From NCBI GenBank assembly GCA_002718715.1, contig PBFJ01000014.1, positions 12,447 through 76,446 of the forward strand: a DNA stretch of 64,000 nt. The letters are read 5' to 3'. The position numbers and the translations under genes are program-made. A model generated the notes under the pieces. The model was given only the letters and a program-made list of their open reading frames with translations. It ran no database searches and had not been told where the DNA came from. This DNA is from a bacterium. GTDB taxonomy: Bacteria > Patescibacteriota > Gracilibacteria > UBA1369 > GCA-2718715. Position 1 is the stretch's first letter, and every line of letters starts with the position of its first letter. Below, in pieces: positions 41,660-50,894 of the stretch.

Positions 41660-41824
41660 ATGAAACAAAAAGGATTAAATCTTGGAGATAAAACTTTTGT
41701 TGTAGGTGCAAAAGCATTATTTGCTCTAAATATTGCTGGTGCTATTGTTGTAACTGAAATTGAAGATAAAATAAATACAGCAAGAAAGACTTACAATAGC
41801 TTTAAAAAATCCATGGCTAAATAA
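41660..41824 (+). CDS. Candidate 54-aa small membrane protein
   Basis: Below the ORF-track cutoff. TATAAT at 41632-41637. MKQKGLNLGDKTFVVGAKALFALNIAGAIVVTEIEDK.. It overlaps the 3' end of the convergent NUDIX gene by 34 nt, so this is speculative. Confidence 0.25.
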   Translation: MKQKGLNLGDKTFVVGAKALFALNIAGAIVVTEIEDKINTARKTYNSFKKSMAK

Positions 41825-42318
41825 GCTGATTCCAAATGAGTAAGCTGACCTTTAAATAAATGGGCTCTAAAATCTTTGATATTAAGTAAATCAATTTCTA
41901 AAAATTCAGATTCATCAAGACTAGGCTCCTGATTTTTTGTGGCGTTTTTAGCTACAAATATGTGTCTTTTGATAGTTGAATAAGAATCAGGAAATATAGT
42001 TTGAACGTATATTAAATCCCCCTTAAACCCTGTCTCTTCTAAAAGTTCTCTTTCTGCAGCTTGTAAAGGTGTTTCACCTTCATCTACAAATCCACCAGGG
42101 AGTTCGGTCATTAGTTTTTTAGGCCCTACTCTATATTGAGTAACACAAACTACTTTGTTGTCATTTGTTAAAGGTAGTATTATGACAACCTCTCCCCCTT
42201 TATGAACCTCAAAAGACTTTTGGATGCCATTTGGCATCACAAAAAATTGCTTTACCACATTTAGATACTTTGAAGGATAAACGTTTTCTTCGGATAAAAA
42301 TTTAAAATCTAAATTCAT
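41791..42318 (-). CDS. NUDIX hydrolase (ADP-ribose pyrophosphatase-like)
   Basis: Nudix box GGFVDEGETPLQAAERELLEETGF. Confidence 0.9.
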   Translation of the reverse strand: MNLDFKFLSEENVYPSKYLNVVKQFFVMPNGIQKSFEVHKGGEVVIILPLTNDNKVVCVTQYRVGPKKLMTELPGGFVDEGETPLQAAERELLEETGFKGDLIYVQTIFPDSYSTIKRHIFVAKNATKNQEPSLDESEFLEIDLLNIKDFRAHLFKGQLTHLESAYLAMDFLKLL

Positions 42319-42347
42319 AATTAAAATTACATTTAACTTAAAATAAC

Positions 42348-43310
42348 ATGAAGACTAAATCAATTCTAGCTTTAAGTCTTGCTTTAAATGCCTGTAGTTC
42401 TAGACCTGATAATATTGTGACCACAAACTCTGTAGAGCAGGTAAGAGAGATACAAAGATCATTGAAATTTTCAGCGTTTGTAAATATAGAAACTAGAGAA
42501 GAGTGTAATCGAATGCCTGTTTTTTTAATTGATTTTTTAAATCAAAATAATGTAATAATCAAGCATGATTTTGAAAGATTAAGAAATAGGCCACCTAATA
42601 TGGATTCAGATTCCTCTTTGGAAAGACAGTTAATATCATATAATAACGGGAGCCTTTCATTTCCTCCTTATATTTACCTTACAGATCAAACAGAGTGTCT
42701 GGATGAAGTTTTAAATTTTTATATATCTAGACAAAATTTTAAAACAAGAGATTTTGAGAAAAGACTAGTTTTGGATTCGCAAGGTAGTTTTAATGAAATT
42801 CATAGATTTGATCAACTTGCAATAGATCATGTTTCTTTCTTACTGAGTACTATAGATTTGGTAGCAGAACGCGGAAAAGTTGACGACTCAGAATTACCAC
42901 AAGAAACTATTTTTGATTTTTTAAACTACCTTGAAAATATCTATATGATTTTACATAAGCTTCAGATAAATTCTGAAGATTTAATAATGGAAATTAACAA
43001 TCATAACTATAGTTCTGAATTAAGTATTTTATCTTCGAGTTTGTATAATTTAAATGATTTGATTACTTTGCTTTTAGAGCAAGGTGAAAGTCAAGAAGTG
43101 ATAAATGAGTTTGCCATAGCAACAAGTAGATTTGAATCAGAATTTAGATATTCTTTAGCTTCCAGCTCTTTTTATTATGTCGTGAAAAGTGCTATGAAAT
43201 TTTTGATAAACCCAGCAAGCTTAAACCTTAATGACTTTAGATTTGGATTTGATCCAAAAGTAATTAATTACATTAGAACAAGGTACCAAGATTTTCAAGA
43301 GCTCCCATAA
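42348..43310 (+). CDS. Hypothetical lipoprotein (320 aa)
   Basis: Lipobox-like LSLALNACSS. No family recognised. Confidence 0.7.
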   Translation: MKTKSILALSLALNACSSRPDNIVTTNSVEQVREIQRSLKFSAFVNIETREECNRMPVFLIDFLNQNNVIIKHDFERLRNRPPNMDSDSSLERQLISYNNGSLSFPPYIYLTDQTECLDEVLNFYISRQNFKTRDFEKRLVLDSQGSFNEIHRFDQLAIDHVSFLLSTIDLVAERGKVDDSELPQETIFDFLNYLENIYMILHKLQINSEDLIMEINNHNYSSELSILSSSLYNLNDLITLLLEQGESQEVINEFAIATSRFESEFRYSLASSSFYYVVKSAMKFLINPASLNLNDFRFGFDPKVINYIRTRYQDFQELP

Positions 43311-43354
43311 ACTTGAATTTTCTATATAATACTTTAAAATTAGGCTAATATTTA

Positions 43355-44287
43355 ATGAAAATAAACATGTATATTATTGGACATAAGAACCCTGACACTG
43401 ATGCAATTGTTTGCGCTTTAATTGCCGCTGATTATTTTACTCAGCTTGGAATGGAAGTTACTCCAATCAGGCTTGGTGAATTAAATAAAGAAACTGAATT
43501 TATTCTAAAACACCTAGGAATTCAAGCGCCTGAATTAAAAACTGAACTTGAACAAGATGCTAAAATTTGTTTAGTGGATCACAATGAAAAATCTCAATCC
43601 ATTGATGAATTAGAAAAGTATCAAATTGAATGGATCATTGATCATCATAAATTTAGCTTAAATACTGCTACCCCTTTAAATATTAGAGCTGAAAGTTTAG
43701 CTAGTACAGCGTCTGTTTTGTATAAAATGTATATTGAGAATGATTTAGAAATTTCTAAAAAAATTGCAAAATTAATGATCTGTGGAATTTTATCAGATAC
43801 CTTATATTTCAGATCACCAACAACAACTACTATTGATAAACAAATTGCCTTAGCTTTAAATGAAATTGCTGGATTTGAAGACTTGGAAGCTTTTTCACTT
43901 CAAATGTTTGATGCAAAAAGTGATTTAAGTGATTTTTCAGCTCGAGAAATTGTAACACTTGACTATAAACCATTTGAATTCAATGGAAAGAAAGTAAATA
44001 TTGGTGTAATGGAAACAACTAACCCAAAGTTTGCACTTGATATTAAATCGGATATTTTAGAGGCAATGAAACAAGAAAAACTTGAGCAAGGATTGGATGG
44101 AATTTTGTTTGTAGCTGTAGATATTCTAAATGAAAAAGGTACTGCTTTTACCTTAGATGAATTTGAAATTAATATGATTGAATCTGCATTTGATTCTAAA
44201 AAACTAGAGGATAATTTATTTGATATTGGAAGTGTTGTTTCTAGAAAGAAACAAATTGTACCAAAACTTGAAAGTTACTTTGCATAA
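43355..44287 (+). CDS. ppaC: Family II (Mn-dependent, DHH/DHHA2) inorganic pyrophosphatase
   Basis: IIGHKNPDTDAIVCALIAA, VDHNE and IIDHHK motifs, ~310 aa. The true start may be the Met at 43367 (MYIIGH). Confidence 0.85.
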   Translation: MKINMYIIGHKNPDTDAIVCALIAADYFTQLGMEVTPIRLGELNKETEFILKHLGIQAPELKTELEQDAKICLVDHNEKSQSIDELEKYQIEWIIDHHKFSLNTATPLNIRAESLASTASVLYKMYIENDLEISKKIAKLMICGILSDTLYFRSPTTTTIDKQIALALNEIAGFEDLEAFSLQMFDAKSDLSDFSAREIVTLDYKPFEFNGKKVNIGVMETTNPKFALDIKSDILEAMKQEKLEQGLDGILFVAVDILNEKGTAFTLDEFEINMIESAFDSKKLEDNLFDIGSVVSRKKQIVPKLESYFA

Positions 44288-44295
44288 TTTATTTT

Positions 44296-44321
44296 AAAAA
44301 CCTCCAGCAGGAGGTTTTTTT
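44296..44321. terminator. Bidirectional rho-independent terminator
   Basis: aaaaacctcc-agca-ggaggttttttt between convergent genes. Confidence 0.8.
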
Positions 44322-44322
44322 A

Positions 44323-45237
44323 TTATCTTGATTTTTTGGCTTGCTTTTTAGCGGCTTTCTTTTTAGCTCTTTGGGCTCTTCTTTTTTCAGCTCTGGTGTT
44401 TTTTGGTTTTGTTTTTTTATCGTAAATATCTTGGATTTCAACCCATTGTCCGTATTCGTGAAAATATCTCATGCTGTAAACTTTTACGTCGTAATCATTT
44501 GAAAGAATCATTGGTTTATCTCCGCATAGGTTATAGGAATTTATTAATTCCTTACATTTTGAGACTCTAGCTCTTTCTAGTTCAGACTCCAATTGATCAT
44601 CAGCGATAAATATATCTCTTACTTTATACATAAATTCCTCAAATGATACCTTTGAATCTTCTGAAAGAATACTATGGAAAGTTCTATTGAAAATATTTAC
44701 ATATTCGCTTATGAAATTTTCCTTGAAATTACGTGAGATTCTATTAATCTCTTTATTCATTTGATCAAAGTTAAAAGTGGAAATATCAAATTTAACTTCT
44801 TCTTTAGTTATTTGTGGGTATTCTTCAATAGTTGCATAATATATTTCCTCTACCGTTTCTGCAATATTACTTGTGTGTCCTTGGATTTTTGTAGAGACAG
44901 AAACTTGATGAAGAGTATCTACAAAACCTTTTCCTGTAAACATTTTCGCGAAATTCTCAGATAAAATTTCTTCAAATAAAACTTGTAGAATTACGTAAGA
45001 AATAAAATTAGTCCCATAATCATCTTCTACTGAATATGCTAAACTTGAAAATAACTCTTGTTGAATATGAGTACTAATACCATCATATACAGTTTCATAC
45101 ATTAGTTTATCGTCAGTATAAAGAGTTGAAATTTCTGGTAGTAGCTCAAAAGTTAGCTCTTTGTCTTTTTCGTCTAATTGTTCAGACCATGGTATTAATA
45201 ATTCTTGCATATTTGTATTGTTAAATATCATATGCAA
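44323..45237 (-). CDS. Hypothetical protein (304 aa) with strongly basic C-terminal tail; paralogue of 45265-45879
   Basis: Shares YGTNFISYVILQVLFEEIL / GFVDTLHQVS / ISEYVNIFNRTFHSILSEDSKVSFEEF with the upstream gene. The tail reads KPKNTRAEKRRAQRAKKKAAKKQAKKSR. Confidence 0.75.
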   Translation of the reverse strand: MHMIFNNTNMQELLIPWSEQLDEKDKELTFELLPEISTLYTDDKLMYETVYDGISTHIQQELFSSLAYSVEDDYGTNFISYVILQVLFEEILSENFAKMFTGKGFVDTLHQVSVSTKIQGHTSNIAETVEEIYYATIEEYPQITKEEVKFDISTFNFDQMNKEINRISRNFKENFISEYVNIFNRTFHSILSEDSKVSFEEFMYKVRDIFIADDQLESELERARVSKCKELINSYNLCGDKPMILSNDYDVKVYSMRYFHEYGQWVEIQDIYDKKTKPKNTRAEKRRAQRAKKKAAKKQAKKSR

Positions 45238-45264
45238 CCTAGCATTTATTTACATTGTGTCAAG

Positions 45265-45879
45265 TTATTTTATCGCACTAGATTCTTTTGTAATTTCAAT
45301 AAACTGATTAAAGTCTGATTTAGAGGAATGACTAAGTAATGCGTAAAAAATTTTTGTGAAAACTTCTATATATTGACTTATATAAGCTTGTTTCAGAGCA
45401 AATGGTATATTTAGGGTATAAGCATTAATTTGGCTTAAATTACATTTGTTAATTTGGATTGGATGTATGAAATCTACAGTTATTGCGGGATCAATAGATA
45501 TATAATAATTATACCTTTGAGAAATTAAAGAAGTTAAATCTTCTGAAAAACCTTGATTTTGAATTGCATCTGTTAAAAGCTGGAGAGAATCTACAAAATT
45601 GTTTGTATTTAACATCACAGGAAGAGATCTTAATAAAATATCGTTTGTTAAAACCTCTAAACATACATAAGATAAAAAGTTTGCACCATAAACGTATTCA
45701 AATGTATTAGCAATTTTTTTGTATACTTTGATAGAAATTGATGAAACAATCTTTTCTGCAATTGATCTTAAAATTTCTTGAGACTTTTGATCTGATGCAT
45801 CTAGGCTAATTAAGTTCTCATTAATTTTAAATTCTTTATTTTGAAACTCTTCAGGAAGATTTTGTGACCAAAGATTCAT
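45265..45879 (-). CDS. Hypothetical protein (204 aa), tandem paralogue of 44323-45237
   Basis: YGANFLSYVCLEVLTNDIL / NFVDSLQLLT / ISQYIEVFTKIFYALLSHSSKSDFNQF. Confidence 0.75.
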   Translation of the reverse strand: MNLWSQNLPEEFQNKEFKINENLISLDASDQKSQEILRSIAEKIVSSISIKVYKKIANTFEYVYGANFLSYVCLEVLTNDILLRSLPVMLNTNNFVDSLQLLTDAIQNQGFSEDLTSLISQRYNYYISIDPAITVDFIHPIQINKCNLSQINAYTLNIPFALKQAYISQYIEVFTKIFYALLSHSSKSDFNQFIEITKESSAIK

Positions 45880-45996
45880 TTTTGATATATGTTAAATTTT
45901 ATATAAATTAGCAATTTTTTTTTACCTGTCAAATTCTTTTGTGTTTTTCGTGGTTTTGTTTATAATAAAATTGTCTATTAAAAATAATATAATAAT

Positions 45997-47088
45997 ATGA
46001 AAAAAAGTTTACTTTCAATTTTATTAGTACTTTCTTTAACTGCTTGCTCTAGCTCTGTAGTTGAAGATGAATCAAAAACATCTGAACCTGTGAAAATTGG
46101 CGTTTTACTTCCTTTAAGCGGAGGGGCTTCAGCTTACGGTGAAGAAATGATGATGGTTTTAAATCACCAAAATTCAAATTTAGAAACTCCTGCTGAATTA
46201 TATTTTGAAGATTCTAAGTGTGAAGCTGCTAGTGCAGTAACTGGGTTTCAAAAATTAGTTGATATACAAGGAGTTGACGCTATTTTAGGTGGATTTTGTT
46301 CTTCTGAAACTTTAGCTATTGAGCCTTTATTAGAACAAAATGATATTGTTGCTTTATCTGCAACTTCTTCTAGTCCTGAAATCGAAGGAAAATCTAAAAA
46401 CTTAATGACTTTATCTTATAGTGATAATGTAATTGCTCAAACCATGGCTGAGGACATTATGGAATCTGATAGTATTGCAATCATTTCTGAGCAAAATGAT
46501 TATAATATTGCATTGAAAAATTCTTTAGAGTCTATCCTTGGAGAAAAGATTATTACAAATGAAACTTTTGAGAAAAATTCAACTGATATGAGAAATATTA
46601 TTGAAAAAGTTAAAGCTAGTAATCCTGAAGTATTAATTCTAAATCCTAATGTAGGAGATACTTCTATTAATCTATTGAATCAATTAGCTGAATCTCAAGA
46701 TTTCTTTGCTAATGTAAGATTAGTATCACAAGAAACTTATGTAGCTGATGATAGCCGAACACAAGCTCCTGAACTAGCGGAATCTATGACTTTATTTGCT
46801 GCACCTAATTTAACAAGTCAAGAAGTTGATAGCTTTGTAGCTTCTCTACCTTCTACAATTGATACATTAGGAGTATTTTATTCATCTACTGCTAGTGATG
46901 CTCTTGAAAATTTAGTAAGAAGTATTCAAGACTCAAGAAGTAATGGAACTTCTGTTCAAGAAGAATTATCTTCTAATCCTCTTTCTGGATTAGCTTCAAG
47001 TGGTAAATCTTTTGATGGTAATAATTTCCTTCAAGGAATTAAAGCAGGTAAATATATGATAGTTGATGGTAAAGCGGTTTTACAATAA
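45997..47088 (+). CDS. Branched-chain amino acid (Liv-type) ABC transporter substrate-binding lipoprotein
   Basis: Lipobox LSLTACSS, then VKIGVLLPLSGGASAYGEEM, typical of the LivJ/Peripla_BP_6 family. Confidence 0.8.
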   Translation: MKKSLLSILLVLSLTACSSSVVEDESKTSEPVKIGVLLPLSGGASAYGEEMMMVLNHQNSNLETPAELYFEDSKCEAASAVTGFQKLVDIQGVDAILGGFCSSETLAIEPLLEQNDIVALSATSSSPEIEGKSKNLMTLSYSDNVIAQTMAEDIMESDSIAIISEQNDYNIALKNSLESILGEKIITNETFEKNSTDMRNIIEKVKASNPEVLILNPNVGDTSINLLNQLAESQDFFANVRLVSQETYVADDSRTQAPELAESMTLFAAPNLTSQEVDSFVASLPSTIDTLGVFYSSTASDALENLVRSIQDSRSNGTSVQEELSSNPLSGLASSGKSFDGNNFLQGIKAGKYMIVDGKAVLQ

Positions 47089-47093
47089 TCTGT

Positions 47094-47122
47094 CTAAGGC
47101 CTGCTTTGAGTGGGCCTTTTTA
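47094..47122 (+). terminator. Hairpin/attenuator between the binding-protein gene and the permease genes
   Basis: aaggcc-tgctttgagtg-ggccttttt. Confidence 0.55.
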
Positions 47123-47140
47123 AATATTTAAAATTTATTT

Positions 47141-48022
47141 ATGGAATTCTTTTTACAAATTATTGCAAACAGTTTGGTACTGGGAACTCAGGTTTTATTT
47201 TTATCTTTATCTTTATATTTAATTAAAGCTGTTTCTAAAATTGAACATGTAGCTATTGGAGCTATTGCAACCGCCTGTGGTTATGGATTTTATCAAGGTT
47301 TGCAAATGGGATCTAATATTATGGCCATAATTATAAGTGGATTAGTTGCTATCACTCTGGGCTATATATCATTTTTAACTTTAGAAAAGTTTTATAAAAA
47401 TAAAGAGCCTTTACTAGGACTGATTGTAAGTTTATCGATGGGACTTTTAATTGAGGCCTTAATTGCAATTGTATTTAAGAGTAGTTCAAAATCATTAATT
47501 GAAGGGATACTTCCAATTGTAGAATTTATGGGTGTGAAATTTACCTTGCCTGGAGTTTACACTTTGGCTATTGGATTAGTCTTAGCTTTGACTGCCTTTT
47601 TATTGGTAAACAAAACTCCGATTGGAAGAACACTTAGAAGTGTATCTGAAAATTCCAGTTTAGTTTCAAGCCTTGGAATTAACCAATTAAAAATCAGAAA
47701 AAGTGTATACATTATAAGCTCAATAATTGCAGGTATTGTTGGAGTTTTGACTGCAATGAATACATCACTAACTCCTAATATGGGATTTAACTTAACTATT
47801 ACAGCTTTTATAGCTCTTTTCGTTGGTGGATCTTCGGATATAAAAGGTACAATTGTGGCGAGTTTTTTATTAAGCTTAATACCCGAGTTTTTTATTAACT
47901 ATGCGCCATCAAGTTTTGAATTTACCAATTCGTATAGAATGTTCTTTGTATTTGGATTAGCATTAATTATTTTAAGCTTTAAACCAAGAGGAATTTTTTC
48001 AAAAAACATAAGACAATCATAA
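47141..48022 (+). CDS. livH: Branched-chain amino acid ABC transporter permease (LivH-like)
   Basis: 293 aa and polytopic, with a GRTLRSVSEN-type loop typical of LivH/LivM permeases. Confidence 0.8.
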   Translation: MEFFLQIIANSLVLGTQVLFLSLSLYLIKAVSKIEHVAIGAIATACGYGFYQGLQMGSNIMAIIISGLVAITLGYISFLTLEKFYKNKEPLLGLIVSLSMGLLIEALIAIVFKSSSKSLIEGILPIVEFMGVKFTLPGVYTLAIGLVLALTAFLLVNKTPIGRTLRSVSENSSLVSSLGINQLKIRKSVYIISSIIAGIVGVLTAMNTSLTPNMGFNLTITAFIALFVGGSSDIKGTIVASFLLSLIPEFFINYAPSSFEFTNSYRMFFVFGLALIILSFKPRGIFSKNIRQS

Positions 48023-48031
48023 TTTTTTACT

Positions 48032-48889
48032 ATGGGATATTTATTAACAGTTTTAACTAGATTCTTTTGGGCCACGGTCCAAGGAGTAGCTGGCCAACTA
48101 AGTATTGGGATGGCTGGAATATTTTTACTTTCTTTATCTGTATGCTTTAGCTTTTCAGCTTATAGCTTTGCAATTTTAAGTAAAAATTTTGAATTTAGTT
48201 TTTGGATTACATTTATTTTAAGCTTGGGACTTACTTCTTTAGTTGGTTTTTTATTTAGCTATTTGTATACTAAAGTCTCTAAAGATAGTTTTACCGTTCT
48301 AGCTCTAAGTAGCATTTTAGGGTTTGATGCATTTGTAAAATCATTTGATGGCTTAACTGGAGGGGTTCTGGGGATCTCTGGAATTCTAAGACCTGCGTTT
48401 ATTGGCAAATTATCATCTTTAGTTATATTTTCAGGGATAATTTTCTTGATAGTTTTAACTATGCACTATTTGGTTGTGAAAAGTAGCTTAGGAAGAAAAA
48501 TTAGAGCTTTTAAAGAACATCCAGTTGCACTTGAATCTCTGGGTACAAGTAAAAATAGTGTTTCTAGATTCGTAATTATCTGGGGATCTATGATTAGTGG
48601 AATTGCAGGAACCTTAGAGCTCATGAGACTGCAATTTTTGGATCCTTCATTTGGTGGGATTCCAAATCTGATTTTGTTTGTATCGATTGCTATTTTAGCA
48701 TTAAAACCCAAAGTTAGCTCTGTAGTGCTAGCAAGTATGTTTGTGGTTTTTGTACCGGAAATTATTAGCTTTTTAAATTTCCCTTCACAATTTGTTGGGC
48801 ATTTAAGAAGTATATTCTATTGTGTTTTACTGATTTTCTTGGTGAGACAAGTTTCAGGAAAATTTACAATATCTAAACGTGAAATTTAA
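48032..48889 (+). CDS. livM: Branched-chain amino acid ABC transporter permease (LivM-like)
   Basis: 285 aa and polytopic, with a GRKIRAFKEH loop. Adjacent to livH/livG. Confidence 0.75.
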   Translation: MGYLLTVLTRFFWATVQGVAGQLSIGMAGIFLLSLSVCFSFSAYSFAILSKNFEFSFWITFILSLGLTSLVGFLFSYLYTKVSKDSFTVLALSSILGFDAFVKSFDGLTGGVLGISGILRPAFIGKLSSLVIFSGIIFLIVLTMHYLVVKSSLGRKIRAFKEHPVALESLGTSKNSVSRFVIIWGSMISGIAGTLELMRLQFLDPSFGGIPNLILFVSIAILALKPKVSSVVLASMFVVFVPEIISFLNFPSQFVGHLRSIFYCVLLIFLVRQVSGKFTISKREI

Positions 48890-48897
48890 TAATTATT

Positions 48898-49647
48898 ATG
48901 ACTAAAAAATCTATATTAAAAATCGAAAATTTACATGTTCAACTTGGACAAAGAATGATCAATCAAGATATTTCTTTAGAAGTTTTTGACGGTGAAATCG
49001 TTGGAATAGTAGGACCAAATGGTTGTGGAAAAACTACTTTCTTTAATGCTATTTCTGGTTTTGCACCAATCGATACAGGACTTGTAAGCATTAACGGACT
49101 AGAAGTTAATAATTTATCTCCTTCTAAAAGAGCTAAGCAAGGCTTAGCAAGAGGCTTTCAAAACGTGGGGATTTTTAAAGAAATGACCTTAGAAGAAAAT
49201 TTAATTATGGCAGTTGAGAATGCTTTGGAGCTACCAATGTACTGGATGTTTAGTTCAAAGCAAAAAAAGAAAGTTGATAAATTAGTAAATAAAGCCTTAA
49301 AAGATGTTGAGCTTTTTGAACATAAAAATTCCTTGGCTGGAGTGCTTTCAGGTGGACAGCTAAGACTGCTTGAAATGGCAAAATTAAATCTAAGTAATGC
49401 TAATTTACTTTTAATAGACGAACCTACGGCTGGTGTATCCCCTGTTTTACGAAATCAATTAGCAGACTCAATCAAACAATTGTCTCAAAAACATGGGAAA
49501 ACTATTGTGATTATTGAGCATGACTTAAAGTTCTTATTTAGCTTGGTTGATAGAGTGATTGTACTAGTTGACGGGAAAAAATATATGGAAGGAAAACCAA
49601 AAGAAGTTCAAAATGATAAGCGTTTGAAGGAAGTTTATTTTGGATAA
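48898..49647 (+). CDS. livG: Branched-chain amino acid ABC transporter ATP-binding protein (LivG-like)
   Basis: Walker A GPNGCGKTT, ARGFQNVGIFKEMTLEENL, signature LSGGQLRLLEMA, Walker B LLLIDEP. Confidence 0.85.
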   Translation: MTKKSILKIENLHVQLGQRMINQDISLEVFDGEIVGIVGPNGCGKTTFFNAISGFAPIDTGLVSINGLEVNNLSPSKRAKQGLARGFQNVGIFKEMTLEENLIMAVENALELPMYWMFSSKQKKKVDKLVNKALKDVELFEHKNSLAGVLSGGQLRLLEMAKLNLSNANLLLIDEPTAGVSPVLRNQLADSIKQLSQKHGKTIVIIEHDLKFLFSLVDRVIVLVDGKKYMEGKPKEVQNDKRLKEVYFG

Positions 49648-49710
49648 ATTTCATGATCTTATTTTGACATTTTAATGTAAGATGATATTATTAGGAAAAT
49701 ATTTTTTATT

Positions 49711-50349
49711 ATGAAAAATTTAATTTTAACTACATTAATCGGACTAGGATCTATGGCTTGCTCTGGAATTAACTTTTCAGAGAAAGAAAATATTATAGGA
49801 AATTCAAGTGTAGAAAACCCAGAAGATGTTAATTCTATGGAAAAACATTTTCTAAACACCAACCGGACTCAACTTTTAATAGATTCGTTAAGTCAAGATT
49901 ACTTTAATGCTATTGAAGAAATTGATGACTATGAAAATAACACTGGTATAGAAAATCAAAATTTGCAAGATCAGAATTTATCTGGACCATATAATGATTT
50001 TTTCAGAATGAATTCTATAAAACTAAATAATAGAATACATTCACTTAATAACTATATAGATTATAATTTTGGTTTTTCAGCTGTTGGTTATGAAGTTGTA
50101 AGAGAAGAACCTAATTTGATTACATCCCCTTTTGCTTCTTTTAGATGTTATGGAAGTGGTGATGAAGTCGAATATATAAAACAAGAATTCTCTCAAGCAA
50201 CTGTGATTATTGACGTTATAGAATCCAAAAAATTTATAATTTATAATGGAGGCTTAATTAGTGTTTCTAATTTAGAAATCGAGCAAACAGATGAAATTTT
50301 TGAGATTAACGATGGGGAATTCTTAGGTGAGTTTTCAGCAGAAAATTAA
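49711..50349 (+). CDS. Hypothetical lipoprotein (212 aa)
   Basis: Lipobox-like LGSMACSG. No family recognised. Confidence 0.65.
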   Translation: MKNLILTTLIGLGSMACSGINFSEKENIIGNSSVENPEDVNSMEKHFLNTNRTQLLIDSLSQDYFNAIEEIDDYENNTGIENQNLQDQNLSGPYNDFFRMNSIKLNNRIHSLNNYIDYNFGFSAVGYEVVREEPNLITSPFASFRCYGSGDEVEYIKQEFSQATVIIDVIESKKFIIYNGGLISVSNLEIEQTDEIFEINDGEFLGEFSAEN

Positions 50350-50690
50350 TCTAACAATTTTACTTCAATTGCTAAAACACCATAGGTTTCTTCTTGGGTT
50401 TTTGTGTAAATAGAATAAAGTGACTTTAAAAACTCTTGAATATCGTGGTTTTGGGGATATCCAAATTTTCCCATAGGCGTATTTAATAATAGTTCGTGAA
50501 AATTTGGAAAATTTTTTAAGTTTAAAATTTCAACAATTATCTTTTCTTTCGGATTCTCAAGATTGGTAAATTGAATTAATTCATTGACTTTTAACTTTTG
50601 TCTTTTTTCATCGAATAGCCTAATTTCTACTTTTTTAGAACCATTTTTTATCCTTTCAAATGGAGAAGGATTGAGTTTCATACTGTGCAT
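50346..50690 (-). CDS. ASCH domain protein
   Basis: MKLNPSPFERIKNGSKKVEIRLFDEKRQKLKVNELIQF.. matches the ASCH beta-barrel N-terminal pattern. Confidence 0.7.
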   Translation of the reverse strand: MHSMKLNPSPFERIKNGSKKVEIRLFDEKRQKLKVNELIQFTNLENPKEKIIVEILNLKNFPNFHELLLNTPMGKFGYPQNHDIQEFLKSLYSIYTKTQEETYGVLAIEVKLLD

Positions 50691-50894
50691 TTTTTAATTT
50701 TAATTTTAATTTTTATTACTTTACCTTGTTTTTTGGAATTAGACAAATTATAAAACAATGAATAATCTTGACAAGGGTAGAAATATTAGTTTATTGTGCT
50801 AATGTTGATTTTAATGTTGAAATCGACACGCAAGGTCCTGTTTTAAAATTTAAAACAGAGCTATTTTCTATGTTTATTTTTTAATCCCATAAAC

